Shown: piece after piece, positions 51,145-63,384 of the stretch
How positions within the stretch are numbered: position 1 is the first letter of the stretch
How the letters are laid out: every line of letters starts with the position of its first letter
Assembly: GCA_973895155.1 (NCBI GenBank)
Contig: OZ316896.1
Span: 2,852,001-2,916,000, forward strand
DNA from: Marsupella aquatica
Taxonomy: Eukaryota > Plantae > Marchantiophyta
Reading direction: 5' to 3'
Length of the DNA stretch: 64,000 bases
Notes under the pieces: generated by a model
Databases searched by the model: none
What the model was told of the DNA's origin: nothing
Seen by the model: the letters and a program-made list of their open reading frames with translations, nothing else
Program-made: the position numbers and the translations under genes

Positions 51145-51163
51145 CCGTTGGAAATGCTCTTAA
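51145..51163. mobile_element. Harbinger-type terminal inverted repeat (probable right end of the decayed element)
   Basis: ccgttggaaatgctc followed by ttaa; reverse complement gagcatttccaacgg resembles the Tourist/PIF TIR GAGCATCTCCAA. Confidence 0.5.
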
Positions 51164-51527
51164 TCACTCTAAATAGAGTTGTTTGACACCAACCATACAA
51201 TAACATATATGCATCTTCAATTAAAAAACACTATATTTCCACTAACATTGTAATAACTATGACTATATACTTTGTTGCATTAGATCTAGACTTCCATACC
51301 CCTCCCCCCAAGAGGTCACCATCTTGTGTTCTTGGCATCCCAAACAACAAGCTTAGAGCCCAGGTGTCCCTTTTGCTGGAGCAAGAGTGAACCAGGAGAT
51401 GGCAAAGCACGAGTGGCAGCACCATAGGTGACCTTGCCCACTCCTCTATTTAGCAATGTTAGAATGCACCACGTACTGTGGACCGTGTGAATGGAGATAT
51501 GTTTCCCTAAAATCTTTTTGCTGGAGT

Positions 51528-51662
51528 CTTGAGGGTCTCACTATATGGAGGCCTCCCAATCACCCACGACATTTTTAAGCCTCGGACCCCTAAGATGTAA
51601 GAATGTTTTAACTTTTAATCCCTATAAAAATTGACCCTAATGTTCTGTATGTCTCAAAATTG
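51528..51662 (+). mobile_element. hAT-type MITE, truncated copy C
   Basis: cttgagggtctcactatatggaggcctcccaatcacc...ccctaatgttct...gtctcaaaattg matches the left part of copy A with an internal deletion. Confidence 0.75.
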
Positions 51663-54600
51663 GATAGCCTTTAAAATTGGGATAGCCTTTGAAATGTGTG
51701 CTAGTGAACTAAATTTTTGCAGGGGAAGTTGCAGTTGGAATGTAGTGGCTATGGAGGCATGAGAGGGAGGGGAGTGGAGGGGAGAATATGGAGGGGAAGT
51801 CACAAATCTAACAAGCTCCTCCACATTTGTTTTCACCAACCCAATGCAAAGATACATCATATCAAAGTGGAAGGTCTGTTGTCACTGTCAACTCCCGTTT
51901 CTTTGGCGAAAATGCAAGTACTATATTCAATTTGCATTAATTTTTCTTTAAGGAAAATGTGAGTGAAATATTGTGTGGGTTTGCTCATACCCTGGAAGCA
52001 ACAATTAGGAGGCGACGGGATTGATAGGAATGGACCGGGATTGATAGGAATGGACCAAAAATGTCAGGAGGAGATTACCAATAGTGGGAGTGAGTGGGCA
52101 GGGGCAGGCTCACCCTAGGCAACCAACTCCTTCAGGTGGGGCAGAACAGGTTGGGTTACCTAAAGGAGAGGTTTAGGTAACCCTAAACCATTGCTATAAA
52201 AAATAACATTCTAGTAAAAAATCTAAAAGCATGACAATGTAGTAATTTCACATAGAAAAGGTGGCAAAGTAGTAAATCTCAGTTTACAAAAAACTATATT
52301 GATGAATGTCCCGAGTTCTTCCAAATTGAGAAGGGGGATCAACAAGAAACACATACCCACAATGCCTTTGCCAATAGACTTTTTCATAGAATGTGCAGCA
52401 ACAATCCCCACCAGCAACAAATCGCAGTCCTAGAGTAAATTTGAATGAGCATAAAGATGATACTGAATAGGTTGGTTCAAATGCATCTAGGTCCGTGTGC
52501 TTTAAGTACCCATGATACAAGTAGTCAATTTACATTGCAACTTAGAGCCACTTACTTACTTGCCCTTGGAATTGACAAAATCTAAAAATGGTGGATTTTT
52601 CAATGCTTTGGATATAAGTTGGGTTTGAATTCTAATTTAATTATCTTAGATCTTGTCTTTTTCTAGTGAATGAGGCTCTTTACATATCTCTTCTCTGTTT
52701 TCTTTCTTCTAAATGCTAACTTGGAAGCACCATTGACTTTCTTCAAGGACAATTCACAAAGAGGAAGTAAGTTGTACTTGGAGGAAGCCAATGGTACTTC
52801 CAAGTCGACAATTATGTATGAAACCTCAAGATACTCTCCCCTCAAAAGGTTTAGTCATACACATGGATCTCCAAGTCACACCATGGATCCCCAAAGTAAA
52901 TAAGGAAACACTCTGTTCAAGATAGCAAGGGACAACTTGGCCATTGTCTTGTCCCCCCTTCCTGAAGCCAGAGACTCGGGTAGACCGAGTAATTTAATAC
53001 TCATATCTAGTCCTATACCAAATTTTTGGGTAAAGCCACCAGGCTCTAGTGGTACCTGTGGTGAGCAGTCCACCACATGTGTTCTTAAGCTCAACCACTG
53101 TTGGTAAATTGGTTAGCAAAGAGAACCCCCTAGACTGTGCAAGTCCTATGGTGAATGTAAATGAATTATTGACACCCATTGCTTGTCTAGAGCAACTCTA
53201 CTGGGCATGCCCTTGCCCCCTGTAAACTTTTCTTGCCTGATCAACCCCTCTAAATGAGTCGTACATGATGTTCTTCTTTAGTGAGATTTTGGGATAGGAC
53301 CAAACTCGATAAATAGTGACTAAAGACCTTTGAACAAAGAATCCTGCTCAATTTCACAGTGACTATGCCTGGTCAAGTTGCACTGCTTGCACTGTGGTAA
53401 TTGTCAGCATATATTGGGCCAAGCTGCTCATTTGTGCGCATTCCAAATTATGAAATTAGGATAATCAAATATGAAGACATTCATGTCAATGTATTCTTTG
53501 TTGTAAAACTATATTTGTCATTTTCTTTCATTAGGTCTTTTTGAGACTTGATATTCAGAAGAGCAGAGGTTGGAGGAGAGCGGACGAACAAATGTGGTGG
53601 TCAGAAGTGTCGCCCCCAGGGAACGCCAGGGATAGAGGCTTTGGGAGGAGCTAATGATGATAAAGTTGAATAAAGGGAGTCTCGGAGTTCTAGGCATTGG
53701 AGTTCTATGTTTGCACCTTATTTGTAATTTTGAGTAAATTGTTCTTTTTTGTCCATTGTATGTTAGACCCAAGGTGATAACAAATTTTCTCATTTTTCTC
53801 CCATTTGTAATCAAGTTAGCGTAGCATTTCATCTTGGTGTAATCTCCACTATTTTGCTTGAAATCCAATTCAATCAAAATCAGAAGTGAATGATTCACCT
53901 GTATTGGCTGCTGTCGGGCTCCTCTCAGAGGTAATGGTCATAGGCACAAATCTGGAGTTACTTTGAGTTGATGAGTCAGGGTCCTGGCAGCTATGACAAG
54001 ATGCAAAACATGCACTTGTTAGAACACTAGATGTGGACCATGCATATCTTGGCACATTTTCTGACCTTCCCACTACTGAAATGTTAGCTACTTTTCCCCA
54101 TCTTCTTTTCAGACCCCACTAGAGGTCCCTTTCAAAATTCCTGGCACCACAGCGTGCCACATCAACAACAACCGCAACAAACAAGACTTGTCGGTTTTGT
54201 GAATCAAACTTATAGTTTTCATTCGTGTTTGTGTCAATTTGGGTGTAAATTTTGGGACGCCGTGCCGTAAGAAGAAAAGTAAAAACATTGGAAATGCAAA
54301 GAGCAAGACGGTTAAAACTGTCACTATGTAACCGTTTTAGTTACATTCCAATTTTAAAACTTAAATTCAAAGATTTATAAGTAAAAAGTATTTTTCATAT
54401 AATAAATAATGACTAATAACTAACTTGATAACTTTCTTGTTAAACTGTAACTCCCGGTATGTAAGGACCTCTCGTATTGTACGGCCATTAATGCTGGGAA
54501 GAGCACATAGAAACCCAAGATCGGGGAGGAGGAATGGCTGGAATCTTGAAAGTTCATCAAATTTTATATCAAAACTATTTACTCATTCTCAAAAAAAAAA

Positions 54601-55852
54601 ACCCGATCGTAGATCTCATTGAGATCTTTCTTTTGCACCCTAGATCGTCTTCTAACATGGATGAATAAGATTTCTAGAGACATTACAAAATGGACGACAA
54701 AGATCGTAAAATCAACAAAATCGACGGCTAGGACGGCTTGGATTTGTTTAATTTTTCATTTGTAAAATATTAACTTATTTGCAAAACGGACAGAACCCAT
54801 CCATAGATCTATTTGAGATCTTTCTTTTGAGCCATAAATTGGCCATTATGATGGATGGACAAGATTTCCAAAGATAAGAAATGGAGACGGTTCAGATCGA
54901 CTCTTCCCCCTGATTTTATCAGCCAAGGGGTCCACGAACTAATTTGTTTTTTAGGGTTGCACTTGCGTTTCTTTTCCTATGTTGGGAGTTGGTACTCTTT
55001 GCAACTCTTTTAATAATTCATTTCCTTGTACATTGTTTTTTTCTCTCATTATAAATTTTGGTGGAAGGTTCCCTTCAAGTACACAAATTCAAATGGCTAA
55101 TAGAGTATAGTTTTGTGGCTGCATGGTGCGGCTTCTTCCCTAATTTGCGTAGCCACGTGGCGCACACTCCGAGACCCAAGTGATCGCGGAGAGCACTTTT
55201 ATTTTTCGAAGGGCTGAGAGAAGAGGAAAGAGAAAGCGCAGAGCAGCCGATGGAGTTAAGTCCTAGTTCAGGCTCGGTTCAGGCTCGGTTCAGGCTTGGA
55301 AAAGGCTAAGCCGGTTCGGGATTTGAGGATGTGGACAGGCATCTCTCATCTCAGCCCTACAGTTGATCCGGTACCTCAGCTGCCTCTTCTCAATTCTCAG
55401 CCGTAAACACCGAATCCCCTCTTTCCCTGAAACTGTGGCCGCTGTTGATTTTCTCCTCCCGTCCCGCCAGAATTCAACGGCCCCTCAAGAGTAAAATCAT
55501 TCTGATAAATAATAATTACCACCAGGCGTGAAACTCACCACTCCGTACGACGTACAGTACATGAGGATCAGCGTTGCGCTTCCCAATTCCCAAATTACGA
55601 CCTACGCTTTTGTAAATTGTATTCTACGCCGACAAGTTAAAGTTTCAGAGCAGGGATTACACCAGTACATGCGCTGTGTAAACCAGGGGTCAGAAATGTA
55701 GAAGTACGAGAACATTCCTTGGAGAACATTCGCTCGTTGGCTCGTTGCCAATGCGGTGAGATGGCATGCACGATGGACAGCTGTAGCAACTGGCCTCTTC
55801 GTTGAGGCCGCCTATTTTTCGATGGTTTTTTTAATATTCTTCGTTGAATTTT

Positions 55853-56100
55853 CTCGTCAGATTTCCCTAGATTTAAGGACGATGGTTAGATTGTAGATAA
55901 CGGGGGTTTGTGGACTAGGTGAGTAAATGGCTAAGGGAAAAGAGAAAACTTTGCAAATTTCAGTCAAAAGTGGCGAATGCTTTTTAGAAAGATGGAATCT
56001 AGCGCAGAAAAAGGCAGGTTGGGAGACCAAAAGTGGTTGCATATTTGTGAGAAGGCAGATCTTGACAAAATCCGCCACTAAAAAATACCCAGCAATCGCT
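55853..56100 (+). repeat. Dispersed repeat, TCCCTAGATTTA family
   Basis: Homologous to 61921-62100 and to inverted 9995-10150. Confidence 0.7.
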
Positions 56101-56575
56101 TTACATAGAGTAATGCTGGGATTGATATACCATACCGCCATTAAAAAATACCCAGCAATTTCTTTACATAGAGTATGCCGTGATTGATATATCATTCCCA
56201 TGAACATTAATCAGCATGGCACCAGCTTCTTTGTTTACGAGAATAAACTAAGGATATCCTTACATTTCCCTGCAGTCCTAGTTGAGCGGGTCCATGAGGA
56301 CTTTTGTCAGGAGTCCGAGTAATTGTACATTAAAATGTGACAATATATTGTACATCATTCATGCCTTTTGCCTTATTCATGCCTTTTGCCTTTTGTCAAG
56401 CAATCTCAGTAATCGCAATGAATAGTATATCATGTCACTCGACACCTTGATAACCCCATGATAACCCCATGATTTGTTTGAATCATATAGGAGTATTCTA
56501 AAGTAATTATCTGGTTGTCATTTTGACCTCCAATTATGGGACGCTCTTGTCCAACCATGGAGGTTTTAGTTTCTG

Positions 56576-56735
56576 GTTACATGTAAGCGAAGGCTGCCCA
56601 TCCTGGACATGTTGGGGTTTCCACGCGCAATTATCAATGTTTACACACTGCTGCTTACTGTTACATGTAAGCGAAGACTGCCCATCCTGGACATGTCGGT
56701 GTTTCGACATGCAATTATCAATGTTTACACACTGC
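56576..56735. repeat. 84-bp tandem duplication upstream of LHCSR
   Basis: gttacatgtaagcgaag.ctgcccatcctggacatgt...gcaattatcaatgtttacacactgct x2. Confidence 0.9.
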
Positions 56736-56989
56736 TCCTTGTCCTGTGGTCAGTGCGGATCCCCGAAGATAGAATACGTTGAGCACATTGCGAACTCGTG
56801 CTCAACGGATGTTCGTGAGAACATCGCGGCTCTGCTTTTGCTGCGCGAGGTGCAGGCACGCAGACAGAGGCAGCAGATAGGAGACGATTACGAGGGACGA
56901 AGGAGGGGACAAGCGATGGCTGCGGATTGGGTTACTAAATAATGGCACCGGTTGAGAGAAAAGAACTGGGAGGCTCACATTTCGTACGG

Positions 56990-57071
56990 CACGTGGCGAT
57001 CAGGTTTTTCATATGTGAGGCAGAGAATCGATGTGCTTCAGTTCGTTTGGATGGTTTGTTTCCGATATATA
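56990..57071 (+). promoter_or_regulatory. LHCSR proximal promoter: G-box/ABRE and TATA-like box
   Basis: CACGTGGC at 56990-56997 and TATATA at 57066-57071, ~140-220 bp before the ATG; a palindromic GCCACGTGGC also lies at 55152-55161. Confidence 0.5.
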
Positions 57072-57207
57072 GTCCCGAAAGGCTCCTGAGTGACCTTCAG
57101 ACAGAGTTGCAGACCGAATTGTAGAGGCAATCTGTGATCCTCACTAGCTTTTGTATCTCTCGCTTGAATCGTCGGTCGTCGTCTTAGTTCTTCTGCCACT
57201 TGTAATC

Positions 57208-59342
57208 ATGGCGGCAATGACTGCCCTCTCGTCTGTGAGCTGCATTTCCGGAGCAGTTGCGTTCTCTTCTTCGTCGAGAGTGGCACAGCAGAGTAGCAGA
57301 CGATCCGTTGTGTCTGTGCGCGCTGTTGCGGACAAGGCCGCTCCAGACCCCGCAGCCGTCCCCGAGAATGTGCTCGAATGTGAGTCTCCCTCCAATCTTG
57401 CCTTGCCTCGTAACAGCTCTGCTTTTTCTTATGGTCAGTCTGCTTGATGACGCGCGAATGTGTAATGAAAATTGCTCCAAATCCGGGACCGAGCTTTGTT
57501 TGTATGTCATTCTCTACGAGCTGGGGTTGTTGTCTGGTGAGATCCAGTGTAACACTCAGTGGTTGTCCATCGGACTGGCTCAGGTCGTAGGCTTCATGCT
57601 TCGTAATCTTGCATTCCATAGCTGCCTGAGGTCTACTATTCTGGACCATCGCTGAGTCTACTCTGTGGTTGAGTGAGGATTGAAGCTGGGTTACTTTTCT
57701 AGCTCGCATGAATTTAGCGTGACCGGACTTTACGGTGACTGCCGGCTTATGCAGAAGTAGACTGTTACTTATGACAACAATAGTGTGTGAACGCGATCAA
57801 CGTGTAGTGCCAAACCTCAACATTGGACTGGGCCGTTGCGCGTTTGTGGAACTCTGTTTGCCTACTACATTCTTCTCCAAAAATCTTGACCAGTTGAAAG
57901 AGTATAGGTGCTGTCAATAGGGGCTGCTCCCTTCCTTCACATCGTATACAACCTTTCCCCACAACCGAACCTCAGCTCAGTTGTGCGTTCCGCATTTGAG
58001 CTCTAGAGTGGAATGGGAGCGAGTGAGACTTTGACGAGGACATGTTGAAAGGTCAGGTTACGTGTGATGCGAGACGCCGCAGAAGACCATATATCCGGAG
58101 ATCTCCGCTTAGTTTGTTCCTGAGTTTGGACGGATTATGAAGAGCTTGAAAGTGAATTATAGCGGGTCCGCCTTTACTGTAGAATAATTTTTTGATTCAG
58201 GTTGTTCGTCTTCCTTTGGACAGATGCCAAGACTCTGCCTGGAGTCACCCAACCGTTCCCCGACATCTTCGACCCAGCTAGCCTGTTGGCGAGGGCTGCA
58301 TCTAGTCCCCGACCCATCAGGGAACTGAGGAGGTGGCGCGAGTCGGAGATCACCCATGGCCGCGTTGCTATGCTGGCTGCTCTAGGATTCATCGTCGGCG
58401 AACAGCTCGAAGACTTTCCCACTCTTTACAACTTCGATGGGCACATCACAGGTGAGTGTCGTCCCTGCCGCCTTCTTCTCTGGAACCACTGGACGACTTC
58501 TGCCTACCACGCTCGTAGCCGTGCGTTTAACTCCTACTGAACATGATAATGTGAAGCAATTTGTCCACATTCGTTGTCCTGTGCTCTGTATCATTTGAGC
58601 AAACTCGCTGCTGTACATTCAAGGAGGTGATTGTGAATACTTAGTCATTTACAGAGATGAAAGTCAAGAACGTCACTTGTGTTCTCGAAAGGCAGGTCCA
58701 GGTGGAACTGAATGTGGGCACCATTCCCCACGGATAGCTAAGCCATCTGGTGGATAATGGCTGGTTGAGAGCCCTGTGGATAGAACCGCTTCTGCATGTA
58801 CTATGCATGGGGTCCTAGCTACTGTAGCTCGAAGAAAAATAACTGGAAGAGAGAAAAAGATCTGATGTGGGTCATGTATTTCTCACAGATGCTAAGTACT
58901 TAGTAAGTCGTACATGACATTGGAGTCGTGGCATCTATACCTCCCCTGGAATGAAATTACTTATTCGGTGTCTTCTTGTCTATTTTGTCTCCCTGTAGGC
59001 CCTGCCATCTATCACTTTCAGCAAGTGGAAGCTCGCGGCGCTGTCTTCTGGTTGCCTCTCGTTTTCGCTATCGGTCTTTGTGAAGCGTACAGAGTAGGTT
59101 TGGGCTGGGCCACTCCTCAGTCTCAGGACTTCAACTCCCTGAGAGACGACTACGAGCCAGGCAATCTTGGATTTGACCCTCTGGGCTTGCTTCCAAGCGA
59201 CCCGGCAGAGAGGAAGGTTATGCAGACCAAAGAGCTGAACAATGGCCGTCTTGCCATGATCGCCATCGCTGCCTTCGTTGCCCAAGAACTCGTTTCCGGA
59301 GAGGAGATCTTCGAGCACTTGTTCAAGAGACTGGGCATATGA
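57208..59342 (+). CDS. LHCSR: Light-harvesting complex stress-related protein (LHCSR/LI818), 3 exons, 247 aa including chloroplast transit peptide
   Basis: Exons 57208-57379, 58224-58451, 58999-59342 (744 nt, GT-AG); Ser/Arg-rich transit peptide; [54 protein letters not shown]. Confidence 0.95.
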
Positions 59343-60699
59343 TCAATCTCTTCGTTGCCCAAGAGCTCGTTTCCGGGGAGATGATTTTGAGTTGTTCAAA
59401 ATGCCGGTCATTGGTCCTTAATCAAACGGCTCTTTCAGCCACTTCGTGTGTCTTTGTAAGACGCGCCCACGAGATTCGCCTCATATAGAGTGTTTCTCAG
59501 TTCGGAAGTGTGTTCATACTATACGATTGTTTGCAGTACACAATCACGCCGGACTGTCTATGGAAACGCAAAGTACTTTATTGTGCTTCATGTCCTTAGA
59601 CGCCTCGGCACTTAAAACTGTAGCAGGGCGTAGTGTAATGTAGTAGGTTGTTCGATTGTACCGTTGGGTTTGCTGTCTCCAAGTCTGCGGCAGGGCTTTT
59701 TCCAGGTGCTTCAAGGCTTTTTCGTTTTGAAAAGGTGTTGTACTTTCGTTGTGACTATATACTCAAGTCAGGTTTCGAGATGGGATGGAAAGTTGATCAC
59801 CTCTTGTACTTTCAACGGCTGTTTCCCATCACGGGATCGATGATTTTGATGTTTCTCTATGTTCAATGACGAGTAGGTGAATGTCCTTGCTAGCAAATGT
59901 TAATTTCCTCTTCTGTCAATTTTATAATTTTCATAATTTGTGTGACAGTCAACACCCAAGGTCGTCATTTGCTCCTCTGTGCGAAGGTTGTTGCAATGTT
60001 AAGTTCTACAGTTGGGTTGAGCTTGAATATGGTTAGGATCAAGGTTGTTTTTCCGTCCGATGTGCATACACGGACGTTGGAAGCATCTGCATGTCTGCCA
60101 AATTGCCTGCCAGCTGCAGTTTTACCTTCACCATTACAGTCCTATGACAGACTCTGTAACAGTTCTTTATCGAATTGATGGCTTGAATAATGGCAGCTGA
60201 AACTCTCATAATTCACAATTCCACAGGATCTCCCAATCCGGCTGTCCTGCACTTTCGCTGAGCTTTTCCCGGCAAATTTTGGTAGAAAATCAACTTTTGA
60301 CCATCCCACCTTTTGCCTGTGAAGGAGTAAACCCTTTGTAAGACTTTAAGAAGGAACTACGTCCCGAAGACTCCGATGACTTGAACCTAATCATCAGCAC
60401 TGAAGTATCGGGTGTGATATATCCCATTTTATGCTGTCGAACCAATAAATATCGGCACTCTGTTTAAGAGAGATCTTGTGTGGAGATGCTAGAGAAAATA
60501 TGAAAATACGTGCTCGCTTTGGGTCTGGCACTTGATTTCTTGGTAATTCCTGTCAGCTACAATTCTACCCGACATCCTTCGAGATTCATCTGAGACCCAT
60601 CACATTGTTATCTTCGTGCACCTGGCATCAACCAATCTGAAAGGCCCTCGCATATTTGCATGGTGGTGCCAAGTGGACATCATCTTTACCTCCTGAAGA

Positions 60700-60875
60700 A
60701 AAGTTTGAATCATCTCACTAATAACTTGCGAAGGGAAGTTACTTTTAAGGCCCGGGGAAATTACTGTGAATCATCTTACTATTAAACTACGAAAGGCAGT
60801 TACTTGTAAGGCCTGGGAAAATTACTTTGAATCGTCTGACTAATAATTTATAAAGGCAAGTTACTTTTAAGGCTT
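60700..60875. repeat. Degenerate ~60-bp tandem repeat x3
   Basis: tgaatc.tct.acta.taa....aa.g..agttactt.taaggc x3. Confidence 0.75.
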
Positions 60876-61920
60876 AGAGAAGATGTAGACCTATGATCCT
60901 AGAGTGGGGCCTGTAAAACTTAACTTTTAATGAAGACTAAACTTGATTGTTAATAAGGACAACACACATGATACGAAGGTGGACGAAAAATAAGGGCGGG
61001 AGCAAAGATGAGCAAAACTGACTTTGACTCTGAATGAAGACAAAAATGAAATAAGGATGGACCAAAACAGAGAGCGGGTAAACTCTAAATAAAGACAAAA
61101 ATGATAAGGATGGACCAAAAACAAAGAGCGGGTGAACTGGAAGGAGAATAGTGTAGAATTGTTTGTATTTATCTACGTTCAAGGAATCGGTAACCAGGTT
61201 AGTAATTGAAAGGGGTTGATAACCTGTAAAAGTGCATGCTGGAAAAGTTACCTTTCCCTTATCTCATACCTGCTACCAACAGCGAGGCACATATGTTTTC
61301 ATGGCCATATATAGTAATTGTGCAGGCTGATTGTGAGGCACATCCTGAGGCATATTTACTGGCACGAAGTTGACCAAGCCCATATACAGTTCAATGCACT
61401 TCCTTCGTGGTTCGGTAGATCACGGTAAAAGTTGATGCAGGGATAAACTTTAATTTTGAACTTAAGATTTCTATACTCCAAATTTTCTGGGGACATCTGA
61501 GAAAAAAATTACCGATCACTTATTGACAAAAAAAGCAAACCACAAATTGTGTTGTCTGAATAAAAAATAGCGACTGTAAAGACTATTTGCTAGCTTTGGT
61601 TCCTGTCAAATCTTTGGTCTATGCAAGCTCGGGTTTAACATTTAGCCCTACATGGTGTCGCATGGGAAACTAGATTAACATGTGAATATGTAATTGGATT
61701 ATATGAAGACAGTCGGAGTCACCAAATTCTTTTGCAAATCTTACTAATAACTCGTGATTTTTAGCAAAGTGAGCAGAAAGAAGTACTTGTTGAGCAATCT
61801 TCATGACATACTAAAGTGGGCTCAGTGTAATCTTTTAGGTTTTGCCTTACTAGCCAGAGTCACAAATGCCAGATGAGTGAAGGAGTATTCTTTATCTGCA
61901 ATTCTCATATTATTTTCTGA

Positions 61921-62100
61921 CCACTAGATCTCCCTAGATTTAAGAAGGGCCATAGATTCTTACTAATGGGGCCTGTGAATAGGTGGGCAACTAGCTAATG
62001 GGACATAAAACAATTACTGTAGCTAATTTTTGCTAAAAGTGGCTGATCCTTTCTGCAGAGGTAGAATCTAGCAAAGCTTTGCCACTAAAAAAAAATGCTG
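61921..62100 (+). repeat. Dispersed repeat, TCCCTAGATTTA family
   Basis: Homologous to 55853-56100. Confidence 0.7.
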
Positions 62101-63384
62101 GGAATCACATGAGCCTTGGCAAAATTAAGATTGTTACATATACAACTTGCTATACATTGCATTTATAAAGTCTCAACAAGGATATCTTGCCTTGCAAAAG
62201 TAGTTCCCTGAAGAGATTCTAAAAACAGTTTCATTTTCATTTTCATTTTCAGACTGATTTGTCTGGATATTTCAGGAGGGACAAAATCAACCAAGATATT
62301 TTTTATGATTGAAAAGTAACTGTTGCGAAACACAAAGCAGAAGGGCCAAGTAATAATCACAATTGCTTTCCTCCAACATTTGTTCAACTTGTGATTTCTA
62401 CCACATAAATTTAGTCTTAATCACTTACAAACTTTAAGGAATAAAAAGTAAGTTCTAAGTAACCCTACAGAATTCCTACCACACTCATCTTTAGTTGTTT
62501 GGACCATCACCCTAAAGCATCCACCCTAAAGCACGTTAAAAAAAATCCTCCAAGCATAGTGTTTGAAGGCATGATGATCTTTATATTGCCATATACAGTA
62601 TGCCATCATGTTTGGCTCCCATATTATATGTCTCAAAAGAACGTCACAACTACTTCCCCAGTGACTGAAGTCTAAGATTTGTATAATGGGATTATCATAT
62701 CTTTCATCACTTCTATTTATGTAGAAAGTACAGTCGCTTGACATGTGATTGGTCTCTTGAAGTTACAAGTATCTGGCCATGTATATATCACAGTGCCTGA
62801 GGGCAAAAAATGCTGAACCAGGAGATATGACCCCAAAGGCAAAGCAACCCGATGAATGGGAGGAAGAGAGGGAAAGGGCCATGTTCTTTTGAGAGCAAAA
62901 TTTGCATGAATTGAGATGATAGCAAGATACGTCAGCAAACGTAGAGCAATACAACAAAATAGTTGCCGATTAAGTGGGGTTTGATACAAAATGTTTCCAA
63001 TTCAATTTGGAAAACACTACCAGCAATCTATTTGCAGAACTTGTTATGTCAAAATTATGGCTAGCAAATGGGCACAATGATGGATGGATTTTTGTCAATA
63101 TGCCCCCCCCAAAATAATGGACAGCAACGTGAGACATTCATGCTATTCTGCAACCAGATTTTAAGAACGTGGATCAATAAGAATTTCTAAATGTCAATGG
63201 TCCCTCTAGTGCTGTACACTCAACCTGCTTACATGGGATGTTATGGGGCCTCAATTGGAGGTTTTGAAACTCTGAGGAAGTTGTATGAGAAAATACATTT
63301 GAGAACTGGATCCACATAAATTCATGCTGTTCCCCAAAAACGTCACTCTTCCAACTCTGATCACTAGAGATTTTGTGAAAATTG

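Noticed and set aside
52220-53300. Protein-coding gene
   Set aside because: Only short broken frames; probably very old LINE debris, too degenerate to call
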